This document shows positions 1 to 13,100 of a DNA stretch of 64,000 bases, one piece after another; the stretch's first letter is position 1; every line of letters starts with the position of its first letter. Made by a program: the position numbers and the translations under genes. The notes under the pieces were generated by a model. The model saw only the letters and a program-made list of their open reading frames with translations, made no database searches and was not told the origin of the DNA. The DNA is taken from assembly GCA_008632985.1 (NCBI GenBank), contig QPGO01000038.1, forward strand, positions 459,939 through 523,938, written 5' to 3'. This DNA is from Psammoneis japonica (lineage: Eukaryota).

Positions 1-2872
1 TCCATGCCAGTGCGTTTCCGAATGTGACCACTCTGAAAGTTAGCCCGCGTCAGTATTCCAACAACTGTGCCTGATGGGCCAAGGACAACGGCATGTCGCA
101 ATCCAAGCAAAGCAAAGAGAGAATGCGCCTTGGAGACAGGACAAAACTCTGTTACACAGTACGCGCCACGATTCATTACCGACGACACGTTAACCCTATG
201 TCTGCGGTAGTCAGGATTAAGCCACGGGATAACAAGCGTACCGGAGTCGTTGATGCCAACAGTGGCATATCCTGTGGGTGCCGAGTGCGAAGAAGATCGA
301 GAGGATCCGCGCGACAACGCTTTTCCTCCATGAACATTTTTGGCGGATCTACTCTGAACTGCTTGAAGCAGATTTGCAGCTGGAAGAGGGGGGAGGGAGT
401 CGTCGCCAATCACGGAGAATTTCGACTCGGAATCGTCCATACCGGTTACATTCAAAGCTGGCAGAGAATCTAAGTTGGTGCGCATAGAAAGGAGCCAGGC
501 ATGGTCGTCAAATTCATCGGACTCTTCCATGATGGCGGAAGCGCGTCGGACGTAGTCATAACGGTCGTCCTTGATATGATATGCCCAATGCATCATTGGG
601 CTCTTGCCAACTCCAGGTGATGGAGTCCACGATGGGCTGGGACGCATGCTACCACTGCCAGCGCTGCTGGATGTTTCGTCGTCGTCGGGTGATTCAAATA
701 TGCCGCATTCAAGCAGGGCAGCAATTTGATCTCGACGAATCAAACCAAGAAAGGCGTTGGTACTTGGGTCAACCACGGGAAATCCATGGTGTGTTGAGTG
801 GTTCAACAAGTGTACAAGCTTCTGAGCTCGCTCTGTAGGGCCGATGGTGCGCACTGGCTCACTCATTATGTCCTTCGCTTGGACAATGTCATAACGTTTC
901 TGCTCTTCGTGCGTTAGGTATGGGTATCCTTTAAGTTCCATGGCTGTCTCATAGATTCCCTCCGCATGGATCAGCTGAGCGACGTATCGTGCCACAATGA
1001 CCGTGATAATTACAGGAATCAGCACTTTTATCTGACCCGTTCCTTCCACCAGTATAACGCAAAGGCTGACAGTAGAACGCTGCACTCCGGTGAGAAGAGC
1101 CGCCACTCCCAGTAACGCGAAAGTTGCCGGCGTAATTTCGGGATCAATGAAATCTTGAAAAGAGAGCCCAGCGGCACCACCCAACGATGCGCCGATTAGA
1201 ACCGTGGGCATAAAGACGCCAGAAGGCAAACATGTTCCAAAAGTCAACGTCATCAAGAAGAAGAAAAGAATACCAACAGTCATCAACGTCTTGATCTGAA
1301 ATTGAGAAGGATCGGTCAAGATTCGTTTAATGGCGACATCGCGGGACCCCAAAAGGATAAACGCCAGCTCATTGATTTCTCCTTCTTCACAAAAGAACTG
1401 GCGTTTTGCCATGCTGGTATCGCTGTCCATATGCATCTCGCTGCCCTCTACGTTCTTACACGGCCATCCCATGCAAGGCAGACCAAACAGGAGCGTAGAC
1501 GTGACAAGACTCAGAATGGCCACTTCCAATAGCTTTCCATTGGCACCACGGAATTGCCGACTTGAAATGTGCGTTTTCAAGAACCGAAAGCAATAGCAAA
1601 ATACGCCACCCATGGCTCCTCCAATGATGCCAATCAAAACGTAGAGAGGAACCTCTTCAAAGCGATTGAAGAAAATATTGCCGTTAGGTGAAGTAAAGGT
1701 TCCCAAATTGATAACGCTGTAGTCCGACAAATCGCCATGATGCACCGCCAAACAAAACGTGCCAATTGCATTGGCGACCAACGTTCTGAGAAACATGTTT
1801 TTGGAAAAGTAGCTTGAAATGTCATCGAGAACGAACAACAATCCTCCAATGGGCGCTCCAAAGGATGCGGCGAAACCACAAGATGCCCCAATGCTCACGA
1901 GATCTCGTCGCTCGGCATCTGTGGCAAAATGAGACAAATCTGTCGTCGTCCACGCCCATAAACTGTGCAGCCAACTTTCCCGAACGCAGCAAGAGGAAGA
2001 AGCTCTGCACTGTGGTCCTCTTGTGAGGAGTCGTGACAGGATTCCAGATATCTTTGTACACATGGCACCGACAATGGCTCCAATGTGCACAAGAGGACCC
2101 TCCATGCCAATTGCCAATGAAGACGATACACTTAAAACTGTTCCGACAATTTTGACTATAAAGAGAGGAAGACTCGAAAAGCGTTTGACTCGCACTCCGT
2201 TCAAGTAAGCCTTGACTTCAGGAATGCCCGAACCAGCTCCTTCAGGAACCCATCCGACACATAGTAGGCATGAGACCAAGGCCAGTACCAAGTTGATGAC
2301 TGCAAAAAGAACATACTCCTGCACGTTGGAGAAATTTCGATCCTTCGCCATAACATTGAGTTGATAGATTCGTAATGAAATCAACTCTTCTGATGCCCTG
2401 ACAATGAGAATCGCAGTCAAACCAGTCATTAAGCCCGCCAAGGCCGACAAGGCCCATCGAGTGGCAGTTCGTCCAGTGTATCCAAGAATGTTTGTTTTTG
2501 GTCGCTTCTTCCATACAAGATGATCTTCTGTTTCTCCAATCGTGCCGTATCCATTCTTATAGTCGACCTGTTGTTCTTCTGGAGAGATCAGTAGACGGTC
2601 TCGTGTAGCTTGAATCGAGTATTCATTTACAACCCGTTCAAAGTCCAAGCTGCTGATTTGCGTTCTTGGAGCATCTGTATCCCGAGATGGAGGAGGTGGC
2701 GGCGGCACGTTTTGGAATATATCATCTCCATCAACGCTGCTCAACGAACTTGAAGACTGCATTTCTGTCGAGAGATGCTTGTATATCTATCCCTTATCGT
2801 GATCAGCATAAAGAGGGTGGGTGACGTTAACAGACAATCAATGAATATGATAGTTCCTCCCCCCGCCGCCAT
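1..2872 (-). CDS. CLC-family chloride channel/antiporter with CBS domains; multi-exon; 3' end runs off the window; start uncertain
   Basis: Minus-strand translation gives the CLC signatures GSGIPEVKAYLNG (~2240-2195), GMEGPLVHIGA (~2110-2075) and PSGVFMPTVLIG (~1225-1195), an N-terminal SLDF motif (~2650) and C-terminal CBS-like segments. Confidence 0.9.
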
Positions 2873-3165
2873 GGCGTCTTCGAAAAAATGAAAACAGAAA
2901 AAGATGCGCTGCCATACGGACGACGGACGATCGAAGGGAAGATCGTGCTTACTGTACGTCAATGATGATTTTTTAGTCGGACGAGACAAAATCGGCAGAA
3001 GAATCTGTCGACCGACGCGACTGAAGGATGCGCGAAGATCGCAACTTTTTTTTTCTGGCATTGCTTTTTACTTTGGCATGTCCTGCAGAAGAGCAGTTGT
3101 GCTTGTTACGTATAAGGTCCGAGAAGTAACAGCGTTCTTAGAGCCATTATTAGTTCGAGATAAGA

Positions 3166-4566
3166 ATGCCTGGTCTCAATGAAGAGCCAGACAAAGATGA
3201 ATCACTCTCCGACATCAAGGTCGTCGGCGACAAGCTGAAAAAACTTTTGGAGGTTGCGGATGCCAAGATGAAATCGAGGACGCCCGACGAGGAACAAAAG
3301 AAAAAGTTGCATCTGTCACTCTTGGCATATATTCAGCTTATCGGTCAAATCAAAGAAATGGAAGCTGAGGTTCGTGACAATGCATTCATGAACGCGGGGC
3401 CTTCGGCAACGTCAAAAGGTAGGTTGGGCATAGCTCTCTGAACGCGCTGATAAAAGGTACAGTGAGACCGAATTTAATGCCATAGCGTACTAACTATTCA
3501 TTCCCATCATAACAATACAGATGCTGAGGGGTTGAAAAGGGCATTAAACTTTTCAGACTGGGCTTATGATGTCGAAACGTCAGACCTCAAGGAGCATTTA
3601 GCGAGTGAAAAGTACACGTTGTTGCACCACGATTTAAAAAAAGAGGTTGGATATGTAGGTCACTATATTGCCATTAATTCAGACGAAAAGAGAGCGCTTG
3701 TTGGTATCAAGGGTAGCTCCAATTTTGAAGATCTCATGACGGATGTATGCGCCCTCTCGGTGACTCACACGAGGACGGAGATGCATTGTCACGAAGGCAT
3801 ACTCAAGAGCTTGGTCGCACTTGCAGATATTCTTCAGCCGTGGATGGAACACTTGTTTGCTCCGCTTGAGTATAAAATACTCATATGCGGACATAGCCTT
3901 GGTGGCGGAGCCGCCTGTTTGGTGGCGCCCATACTTCGTTCGCGTGTTCCAGCCCTGCAGGTGCAGGGCCGTTTGAATGTAATTGCATTCGCATCACCTC
4001 CCGTAATGGACAGCCAGTCTGCACTGGCGTGTGCTCCATGGACACGAACTATTGTAAACAACTCGGACGTGATTCCTCGTTGTAGCATGGGTAATTTGGA
4101 GGTTCTCGTGGAGTGTCTTGGGAAGGTTCATGACAAAATGGAAGAGAAGAAAATAATCAATCGCCAGGACAGTTTTGGAAGCTTCGTTTCTGTTTTCAAA
4201 AGGCTCACCACGGATCAGTCCGACATGTTAATGTCGGCAGACGAAGCACGCGAAGTGATTCTAGCCGCGCAAGCGGACGTCAAGGTGGATTGCTTTGACA
4301 ATCTTTGTATTCCAGGCAGAGTCTTGGTGTTGTATGAAAACTGGAAGGATCAGGCCAAGAAGGAGAATGGTGACAAAGCTTCAGAGGAAAAAGAAAAGAA
4401 AAACTTGCGTATTGGAAGCTCCATGACGAACGGAATGTCGTCCGTGTTGCGACTGATCGAGATGGACGAACGCATGGTGTCTGACCACTTTACTGCTTCG
4501 TACCACGCAAGCATCGATGCACTGGAACCAACGAAGAGCAACTACGAGAACTGCAGGATAATGTAG
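3166..4566 (+). CDS. Class 3 lipase (alpha/beta hydrolase), two exons; intron 3419-3520
   Basis: GHSLGGG nucleophile elbow plus HEG and NNSDVIPR motifs. A GT-AG intron with a TACTAAC branch site joins ORF 3166 in frame to ORF 3532. Confidence 0.9.
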
Positions 4567-4684
4567 AATTAAACAACCATACTCTAGTTCACTGTAGTTC
4601 ACTGCATGGTAGGGCTACAACTTGCTGTTCGAGTCAAGAGGAAAGGGCAATCTCTCGAATCGTACCGGTGCGCCGAGTCCCTAG

Positions 4685-5400
4685 CTAGGGTGCATGTTGC
4701 TTCTTCCATGGATGTCGCGAAGTGACTTCAGAAGATTGCAATTCGTGGCACGTGGGCCGGTCCTAATGTCGCTTGCTCCAAGCAGGCATGCAGCGGAGCT
4801 TGTTGCTGCATCGATTCGCGTGGCCGCACTGCTTCGAAAACGAAGGAATCAGAAAGTGCAAAAATGGGGTTTTCGAAGGAACAGGAACTTTCTGTGAGGA
4901 TTCCGATGATGGCTACACTGCTCTACCGCCAACACCCTCTCATGCTTCTGCACCAACACCCTCTCCTACACTTCAGATGAGTGCCCCCTTTAGAATGCTG
5001 TGGCACATTTGTTGGTCTGGGTGGCAAGTGCTCAAATCACGTGTTTTTGCAACGGGGTCTGCTGCACAGATTCCTGCCATGTTGCTTTGAAACAAAGGAG
5101 TCAAAGCACAAAAATGGGTGTTTTCAAAGGAGTTGGAACCTTCTGCAATCATCCTGACACACACATCTGACCAAAACAGTCTCCAGTGATGTCTCTCCGT
5201 CCTCTGCTCCAGTGCTGGAACCAGCTGGTGCGCGCTCATTCCCAAAGCACTCACAACATTTGGGCAGGTCAGAGGAGAAATTCTCCAACTCCATTGGGTG
5301 TGTGATTTGCTTTGGCATTGAGACAAAATGTTTGGATGACAAGCTTTCCCGGATGACTGGTGGGGCTTGCTGCACCAAGAATCATTTTTCTGCCTGGTCC
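4685..5400 (+). pseudogene. Frameshifted Cys-rich repeat (GACC-type) gene relic
   Basis: Repeated peptide units GACC...C...G.(W/F).G...C across frames. DNA similarity between ~4833-4885 and ~5087-5146 (FENEGIRKCKNGVFEGTGTFC-like unit). Confidence 0.4.
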
Positions 5401-7436
5401 TCCTGGTGGTGCAGCGCTCATGTGGTGACAGCCCAAAATGTCTCTTGTGGCATTTCGGCATCAAATGCACTGATGAAAACACTGGCATCCTTTGGCAACC
5501 CCAAATCCAGCCCCTGAAAAAGCTGTTGTTGCAATCTGAGACAGGGGAGTTGCTGGTGCTTGCAAGGTGGGGAAAGCCTTTTGCTGGAAAATTTCCAACT
5601 TTCCACAAGCTCCACTTGCTGAAGACATCATGGGCAAAAAACTCCAGCTCCCACATCACCTCAAGAAGCCATTGGCAAGGGTGCCTGCTCCATTTCTCCA
5701 GTGCAAAACACAACTTGCTGTCATCTTGCAGAAGTCAAAGAAGGCATGGAAACCACCAAGGAGATTGTGTCCAGAGCAATCTCAGCTGGACCACTTGTCC
5801 TGCTGAAGATGTTAAAACACCAGCTCCCACACATCAAGCCATTGTCAAGGGTGTTTGCTTCTTTTTTGATGGAGGGCAAAACAAGTCATTGACAGTTTGC
5901 AAAAGTCAGAGCAGGTGTGGAAGCCACCAAGGTGATTTGCACTCCATGAAGTGGCCTTGGCTGGGCTTCTTGTCCTGCTGCTCCATGTGATGCCATGCCC
6001 TTGTCTTCAATCTTTCTGCCGTGTGCTGCTTTGCCCCACCAGCAGCAAAAGCACTTGAAAAATGTCCAACAAGGGAAAGAAGAAGTGTGCACTTAAAAAG
6101 AATGAGGGCCATGTGCTCAGCAAGAAAAAAGCACAACATGAGAGATTTGTCCAACACTGCATTTAGAGCTCATTGCCTGTCAGGGGTGGCTTCTTCTCGA
6201 GTTTCTTTCAGATTGTCTTTTTCCTCAAACAAAAGGGGGGCAGAGTCAAGGGGTGCACTCTTGTTGCTCTGAGAGGTCAAATACAAAGCAAGAAAGGGGG
6301 GCTGCCACTGGAAAAACAGAGTCTCCTTTTGGTGCTCAATGAAGAGAAGTGCTGGAAGAAGGGTGGGTGCTTTTTGTGTTGACCAAGGTTCCAAGCAAAA
6401 GTGCAGGCATGGGTGCCACCCAGTGAGGTGCGCTGGCTGATCTTGTTGGAAGACACATGGGTGTCTTGCCAGCAAAAGCTCCAAATGTGTGTGTTTTTAG
6501 CACCCAGTCAAGGTGTGTCAATCAGAGGTTTTTTCAGTCCTGACAGCTGAGACTAGACCCAACACAGCATGATGGTCTTTCTAAAAACAGCTGGTTGTTG
6601 CTCATGTGTGCTTGTTGTGCAAGTGACTCATTTTGTGCATGATGTGTCACGACACTTCTTGTTGCTGTGTTGTGGCTGAATGCAGGCTCACAAATTTCTT
6701 GTGCTCTCATTTGTTGAACTCTTCAACATTGAGGGCTGTTCCACCCTTGATTTCAGATTGCTGCTCAGCACCAGAGACTTGCCCTCTGTTCTAAAATTTG
6801 ATCAAACACCACCACATCAGGTGTCTGCCCCACCCATTTGCCAACACCACAAGGATCTTCTTGCAGTGCTGTGAGCAAGCAACATGCATTTCTGATTTTC
6901 TCTGGCAAAGTGAGTTTGAAACACACTTGGCACTCACTCTCATGGAATGCAGTGCTGGTGGCAGCAAATTTGATTGGGGCATCTCATGGCCACAGTTGTG
7001 TGTTGTTCTCAATCCAAACCAGGCCCGTCATGCACAAATGTGCAACAAGGCATCTGCAAAATGCAGAGCATCACAAGAATGTGGTGCCAGTGCTGCTGGG
7101 ATGATGGTGGCTGAGAGGCTCTGACTTTTTTCTAATTCAACAAGTGCCCTCCAGTGCACTTCAGGCAGTGCCTCCCTGAAAGTGGTCTCTGCTTCCAGAC
7201 TTTGCAAGCCAACTGTTGGGTTGGAAAAGGTGGGTCCAAAAAAGATGCACAATGCAGGGTGCAGACAATCTCATTGTGGACAGATGGCAAGCAACCTCAG
7301 AAACACAAGGAGTGCATTTTGGAATTTAGTCAGGGTGTCAGAGCATGCTGCCCAGATGAGAGCAACAAGGATGGCTCTTTGACAAAAACAGCTCTGACAA
7401 CAAAGGATGGGTTCAGAGCAGCAGGAAGCAGCAACA

Positions 7437-7467
<31 letters not shown>

Positions 7468-8465
7468 ACAAAATCACAAGAAGAGTGAGGGTGTGATGTG
7501 CGAGGATGCCGGGGCAAACAACTCCATTGGAAGAGTTGATTGTTCAAAATGATTTTGATGATGTGGGTGACCCCATGCAGTGTTCAAGGGCACAGGCAGT
7601 CCCCATCCATTTGGCAACATCCTGGCTCTTCAGATGGCACTTTTTGGTTTTTTGCGGAGAGGGCTCATGGCGCAAAGAGGCGTGTTGAGGTTGGAGGCTG
7701 AACAATCATGGGAGCTGTGTTTGTCAGTTGCAGCAATTGCTGCCACTTTGACACAGCGGTGGTGTGTGATGGAAGACAATGGAATCTCCCTCCTGACAAA
7801 ATGCATGCAAAAGCAGAAGAGTGTGCTGCATTGTGTGTGCGGCCAAGTGTGCACAGCAAACAACAACAAAGCAACAGCGCGATTTCTTGCAAACAGTTTG
7901 TTGCATCCTCACTTGCAAAAGGAGCTGCACTTGTGTGGAAACAGACTTTGTGTGTTGTGGCATGGCACATGGCGCAAACATGTGATGGTTGAATTTTGGG
8001 CAAAGAGCCCACACCATGCTGAGCCACTGAGCTCTGCTGTGTTTTGTCACACGCCAAGATGGTGCAGCCCAGGAAGAATGCTTTGTGTTGATTGTCTGTG
8101 GCTCAGCTTGTCCATCTGGGTTTCAATTCATCACTCTAAGCTTCTCACTGTGCTGGGTTCTTGGGTGGCAGCAGCAGCATGCACAGATGTCGTGTCTTGC
8201 TGCTGTGCTGTTGGAAAAAAAAAAAAAAACACACACACACACACGAGCTGCTGTGCCAGAGGACACACACTCTGTCATGTGTTTTGGATCTCTGCCAGCA
8301 TCAGCCCTCAACAGCAACTGTGGGGCACACAGCCACTGTTCTTGCCCATGGTGACAGTTGTGTGAGAATGCTGGAGGGTGTGTCAATGAGGATTCAGTTT
8401 TGTGGTTGTTGGGAGCAAATGCCACTCGCTGTTCGCGTTCGCCGCAGTCATGGAACAGGAATCCG
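4995..8465. other. TpA- and CpG-depleted hypermutated domain 1
   Basis: Only about a dozen TA dinucleotides seen in 3.5 kb, nearly all TTAA/TTAG/CTAA/CTAG. CG is also rare and TG/CA very abundant. Normal TA content resumes abruptly at ~8470. Confidence 0.85.
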
Positions 8466-8846
8466 GAATCTCTAAATCAATCCGTAGTAGAATGATCGTT
8501 TCTCTTGAATATTTGGATTTTCCCACCATAACAACACACCATGACTGAGACATGCGACTCTTCTCCGTTTCGGCCTCACAGACGTAAGTAGTGACCATGG
8601 CAACACGTGGTGCTCGCTTATTTTGAAAAGGGCTTCAGCCTCGAGCCATGAGCCTTTTCTCGAGTTGCGGCTCTTCCGATCTCGAAAGAAAGAATAGAGT
8701 GCCCACCGTCCATCACTGTTAGATTTCGATTTCTTTCGAATTCTCAGTCGTGACACGTGCGAAGCGAACTGCGGTGAAGCTCGCTCTCCAGACTCGCCTT
8801 CTCATAGTTAAGAAGAAAGCTTTCGACATACATCAAGATTTCCACC

Positions 8847-9710
8847 ATGATGATTCGCTCGGGTCTTTACAGCCTATCAACTCGCTCTCCCTCCACGGTG
8901 TTTACGACAGCGTTGGGACGACCTGCAGCAGCGGTACTTTCAGGACACATCCCAGAACGCTTGTTTTCGACCAACCCAAAACGTCGGGATGACAGCATCT
9001 TTCAAAAGGCGTACTCGGATGCTTTTGATGAGAGTGATTCTATAGAAGTCGGAAAGAAGGAACCTGTTGGTGGCTCCAACGTGCGCGATTGGCTGGGGAC
9101 GAGGGCTCCCAGTAGTGTTCGATACAATGGCCCCATCTTTCGTCCATTGTTTCGTGGATTCGATGATTTCTTCGATCGAGATCCATTTGCACCCTTCTTT
9201 TCGCATCGTGAGTTTCCCTTTACGGATATCATGCCCGCCTTTCGCGACTCTCCGTTCATGGACAAGCCCGCCATGACGCTATTGCGAGCTTCGCCGGGTT
9301 ATGAAATCAAAGAAGATCATGGCAAGTACGAGATCTCCGTCACTGTCCCAGAGGGATTAGACGCTTCAAATCTCAAGGTCGAACTCGAAAATGATGGAAC
9401 ACTTCTTCATATCTCTGGAAATCAAAAGACAGAAGAAGAAGATGGACGGGTCGTATCGGAGATGCGGTTTGACAAACGCTTTTCGATTGGTGTCAATGTT
9501 GATCCCGAAAATATCACTGCCAACTTTGACAAGGGCATTCTCGTGCTTAAGGCTCCCAAGAGTGAACCTGAAAGTCCCCCGAAGCACACTATTCCCATCA
9601 CGCAAGAACCACATGCTTCTCTCGACGAAGAAGTTATTCAGAAGAATTACAGCGATGCCTTCGACGAAAGTGATTGGGCGGAGACGGGCAAGATTGGCCA
9701 CGAAAAGTAA
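8847..9710 (+). CDS. Small heat shock protein (HSP20/alpha-crystallin domain) with likely mitochondrial presequence
   Basis: C-terminal ...YEISVTVPEGL...LHISG...RFDKRFSIG...ITANFDKGILVLKAPK...IPI. The N-terminus is Ser/Arg/Thr-rich and lacks acidic residues. Confidence 0.9.
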   Translation: MMIRSGLYSLSTRSPSTVFTTALGRPAAAVLSGHIPERLFSTNPKRRDDSIFQKAYSDAFDESDSIEVGKKEPVGGSNVRDWLGTRAPSSVRYNGPIFRPLFRGFDDFFDRDPFAPFFSHREFPFTDIMPAFRDSPFMDKPAMTLLRASPGYEIKEDHGKYEISVTVPEGLDASNLKVELENDGTLLHISGNQKTEEEDGRVVSEMRFDKRFSIGVNVDPENITANFDKGILVLKAPKSEPESPPKHTIPITQEPHASLDEEVIQKNYSDAFDESDWAETGKIGHEK

Positions 9711-10179
9711 ATTGCACAGACGAAACGATACATTTTAGGTTTAGTTGAGGGAAGCTGGGTCGTTCAGGAAAATCTAAGCCTGGACCTCTCGAGTGTATTG
9801 GATCCTCTTTTTCTGGTCCTGCGGTTTGGCCGTGATGATTAGTTTGGTCGGATCAGTCGAATATATATGCGTGGTTTATGCGTATATAGTATACGAATAG
9901 TTTTATAATAGATGCACATATAACATTTAAAAGGGATATATATAAATATTAAATATAGGATTATTCATGATATTATTTTTTAGTTAGAAAAAGTTACACG
10001 ACTGACCGCGGCGATGGCTCTTTCATCGCCACTTTTTCGCTTGTCGCCAAAAATCAACGACAGGGCTTTCCGCTCTGTTGCCAAAACACTTTGATACAGG
10101 TAATCACAAGTGTGTCACTGCAACAGATTCGACAGATCTTTTGTGCCTACGAACTTACCTACAACTTCCAACAATCGCC

Positions 10180-13100
10180 ATGTCTTTCTTCGGGTGGTGC
10201 GATACTTCTGTTCCTCCTACGGTGTCAACCGATGAGAATGAGGGAGAAACAAAACAGGCTCGTGAAGAACCTACCGAACCTACTGATTGTCCTCCTCTGA
10301 AGAATAATGAGTCTCTGAAAGAAGAAAAGGAGGAGAAGGAAGAAGAAACAAGCCCGGTAGAGACGTCTTCTTCTGAACAGATGCAGCCTCTGACTGACGA
10401 GAAGGAAGAGAAACAAGAAGAAGCTAGCCCGGTAGAGACATCGTCTTCCGTACAGATGGAGCCTGTAACGGTGGAGACATCGTCTTCTGTACAGATGGAG
10501 TCTGTAACTGAAGTGGTGGGAGAAGAAACAGACCCAGTAGGAACATCGTCTTCCGTTTCATCCCACTCGTTTTGTGGTTTCTTCGACGAGTGGCGAACGA
10601 AATGCAAGTCACAAATTCGTCGATTTGTGTGTCATAGCATGAGGGTGATTGAGCCTTTACTCCTTTTTGTTGTCTGTACTTTTTTCCATGTTGGCGTCTC
10701 ACTTGACAACAACAAACATGGTCTGCTGAAGGTAAGTGATGAGTGGCGCTGCGGGGAGGAGGGTAAAAGAGTGAAGAGCGGAAGCTAACGTGCCGTGCGG
10801 TGTTTTCTTCCACTGTACAGGAACAAGTAGCGTTCATCAATGAGATGCATTACAACAACTTTGGCCCTGATATTAGAGAATTTATTGAAGTTGCGTTCCC
10901 CACAGGGACCGACGTGTCATCCTATAATCTCATATTGTATCGAGGTAGAAATGGCAGATCATATGCAACCCTACCGTTGGGTACCGCTAAAAGAGGCAGT
11001 GATTCGAATGGCTTGTCATTTTACTATGTGGAAACTCAACGAATAAGAGACGGGGCCAGAACTGGTGATGGAATCGCCTTGGTAAATCCAGAAGGGAAGG
11101 CTTTGCAGTTTTTGAGCTACGGAGGAGCTTTCAAAGCTGTCGGCGGCCCAGTAAAAGGAAGGACTTCGGTGGATATTGGTGTCAACGAAAACGCAGATAC
11201 AGCAGTAGGATATTCGCTTCAATTAGGAGGTACAGGCTGCGTCTACGATGATTTTAGCTGGCAGCCCAATCCAGTAAATGACACGCGAGGTACTGTGAAC
11301 AGTGGCCAGTCAATCTCATGTTCTCAAACTGACACTACTAGTGATGCAAACACCACCGGCTTTCTTGAATTTGTTGGAATAGCTGCTAAGGATCGATCGA
11401 TTAGGCCGCTTGGTTCATGCAAAGGCGATTGCAACAAGGGTACGTAGATATCGACGAGTCTTTCATTGTTCACTTTTGTGGATGCTCAAGCTATATGGTT
11501 CCTCCTATAACTATTGGATGCAGATTCTCATTGTGCACTGGGGCTTGCGTGCTATAAACGTCGTTGGTGGGAGCCAGCTCCTCCCGGTTGTAGTGGACGC
11601 CCCGTAGCAGGCCACGGTACGTGTATATTGCTAGGACACATTTACATTCCTTTTTGTGTCTCTTTGTACGTTAGTTGCTAACAGAGCACCTTCTTTTACA
11701 AACCAGACTATTGCTACAAACCCAACCCTGGGGGGGGGAATTCTTGTTCAAGTTGTAGCGAAGAACGGAAATCCGCTGGACAGCTTTCCATTAGGTCTGG
11801 GAATGTGTCGCGGACACTGTTCCGACCATTCAGACTGTGGCCCTGGTTTGTCTTGCTTCTTCCGCAGCGGGACTGAAGCTGTACCTGGTTGTCGTTCAGT
11901 GGGATATCCCCAAGGTGTCTGGAACACAAATTACTGTATTGACAGCTCACTGATACTGCAGCCTCCTCTAGAATTGTCACCAGCTCCTACAACATCCGAT
12001 AACCCAACAATGTCACCGACTTCTTCCGCAGCGTTGCTCCCTACAAGAAGCCCAACTGTAACCAAGCAAACCCAAGATATTAGTTCGTCACCAACAGCAA
12101 GTCCAATTGCAGTTGCTTCGCGCTTAGAGCGTCCATTAGGCTATCCTAAACCCCTCAAACTGGACGTATGTACAAGCGAAAGACCTTGTGACAGATGCGA
12201 AGGAGATTGTGTCAACGATGACGCAAAGTGCAGAGCAGACCTTGGACTAGTGTGCTACAAAAGGACCGGCAGCCAGCCAGTTGTAGGCTGTGTCAACGGA
12301 GGATCGGGAGATGAAGCACCAAAAGATGGTCCAATTACCTATGTTCCAGGTGATTTGACGGTATATGAAAACGGCTTGGTTTTATCCACAGGGTTGACCT
12401 CTCGCATAATTGCGGAGCAAAGGAAGAAAGTAAGATTTGAAGGACGCGGTCGAGGTAGGAGCTCCATTGTCTTCCATCTTGACCCAGATGGGTAAGTATT
12501 CGCTCGTACTGCTTTGGTTCGTGGTTGCTAAAGAGGCATGTCATTCTCATTGCTTTTTACAACCTACATCATATTCAGTGCTGCCGTTTTTGAGGACCCA
12601 TCTACAGGTGGATTTCGTTACGTATCCAACGCAGAAAGTACCGCTGCAGGTACTGTAGGAGCTCTCATTTTTAACGCGAAAGCCCAGGTCGTCGGGTATG
12701 AACGACTTATCGAGAGAAACATAACTCGACGCAACTGTGGAGGCGGCAAAACTTTCTGGAACACATGGCTATCGTGCGAGGAGACAGACGGTGGACAGGT
12801 GTGGGAAGTTGATCCATTTGGTATCAGGCCCCCCAGAAAGACCCTAATTGGAGGATTAGCGGGCGACTGGTTTGAAAGCGCAGCATATGATAATCGCGAT
12901 CCCATCAACGTAAAATTCTACATCACAGCAGACCGAGAAGCTGGACCGGTGCACAGATTTTCGCCAGACAAACTGGCTATTGCAAGGGCAAACGTTTCTG
13001 GAAATTACACTGACTTGCTACACACTAATGAAACGGGGACCGCAGGTGTTGACTATTTAGTTCTGGAACCCGATCCCTTTGAAACTGACAATGGCAGGTT

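Noticed and set aside
8640..8830. Heat-shock elements upstream of HSP20
   Set aside because: GAA/TTC-rich, but I could not find a clean array of alternating nGAAn units.
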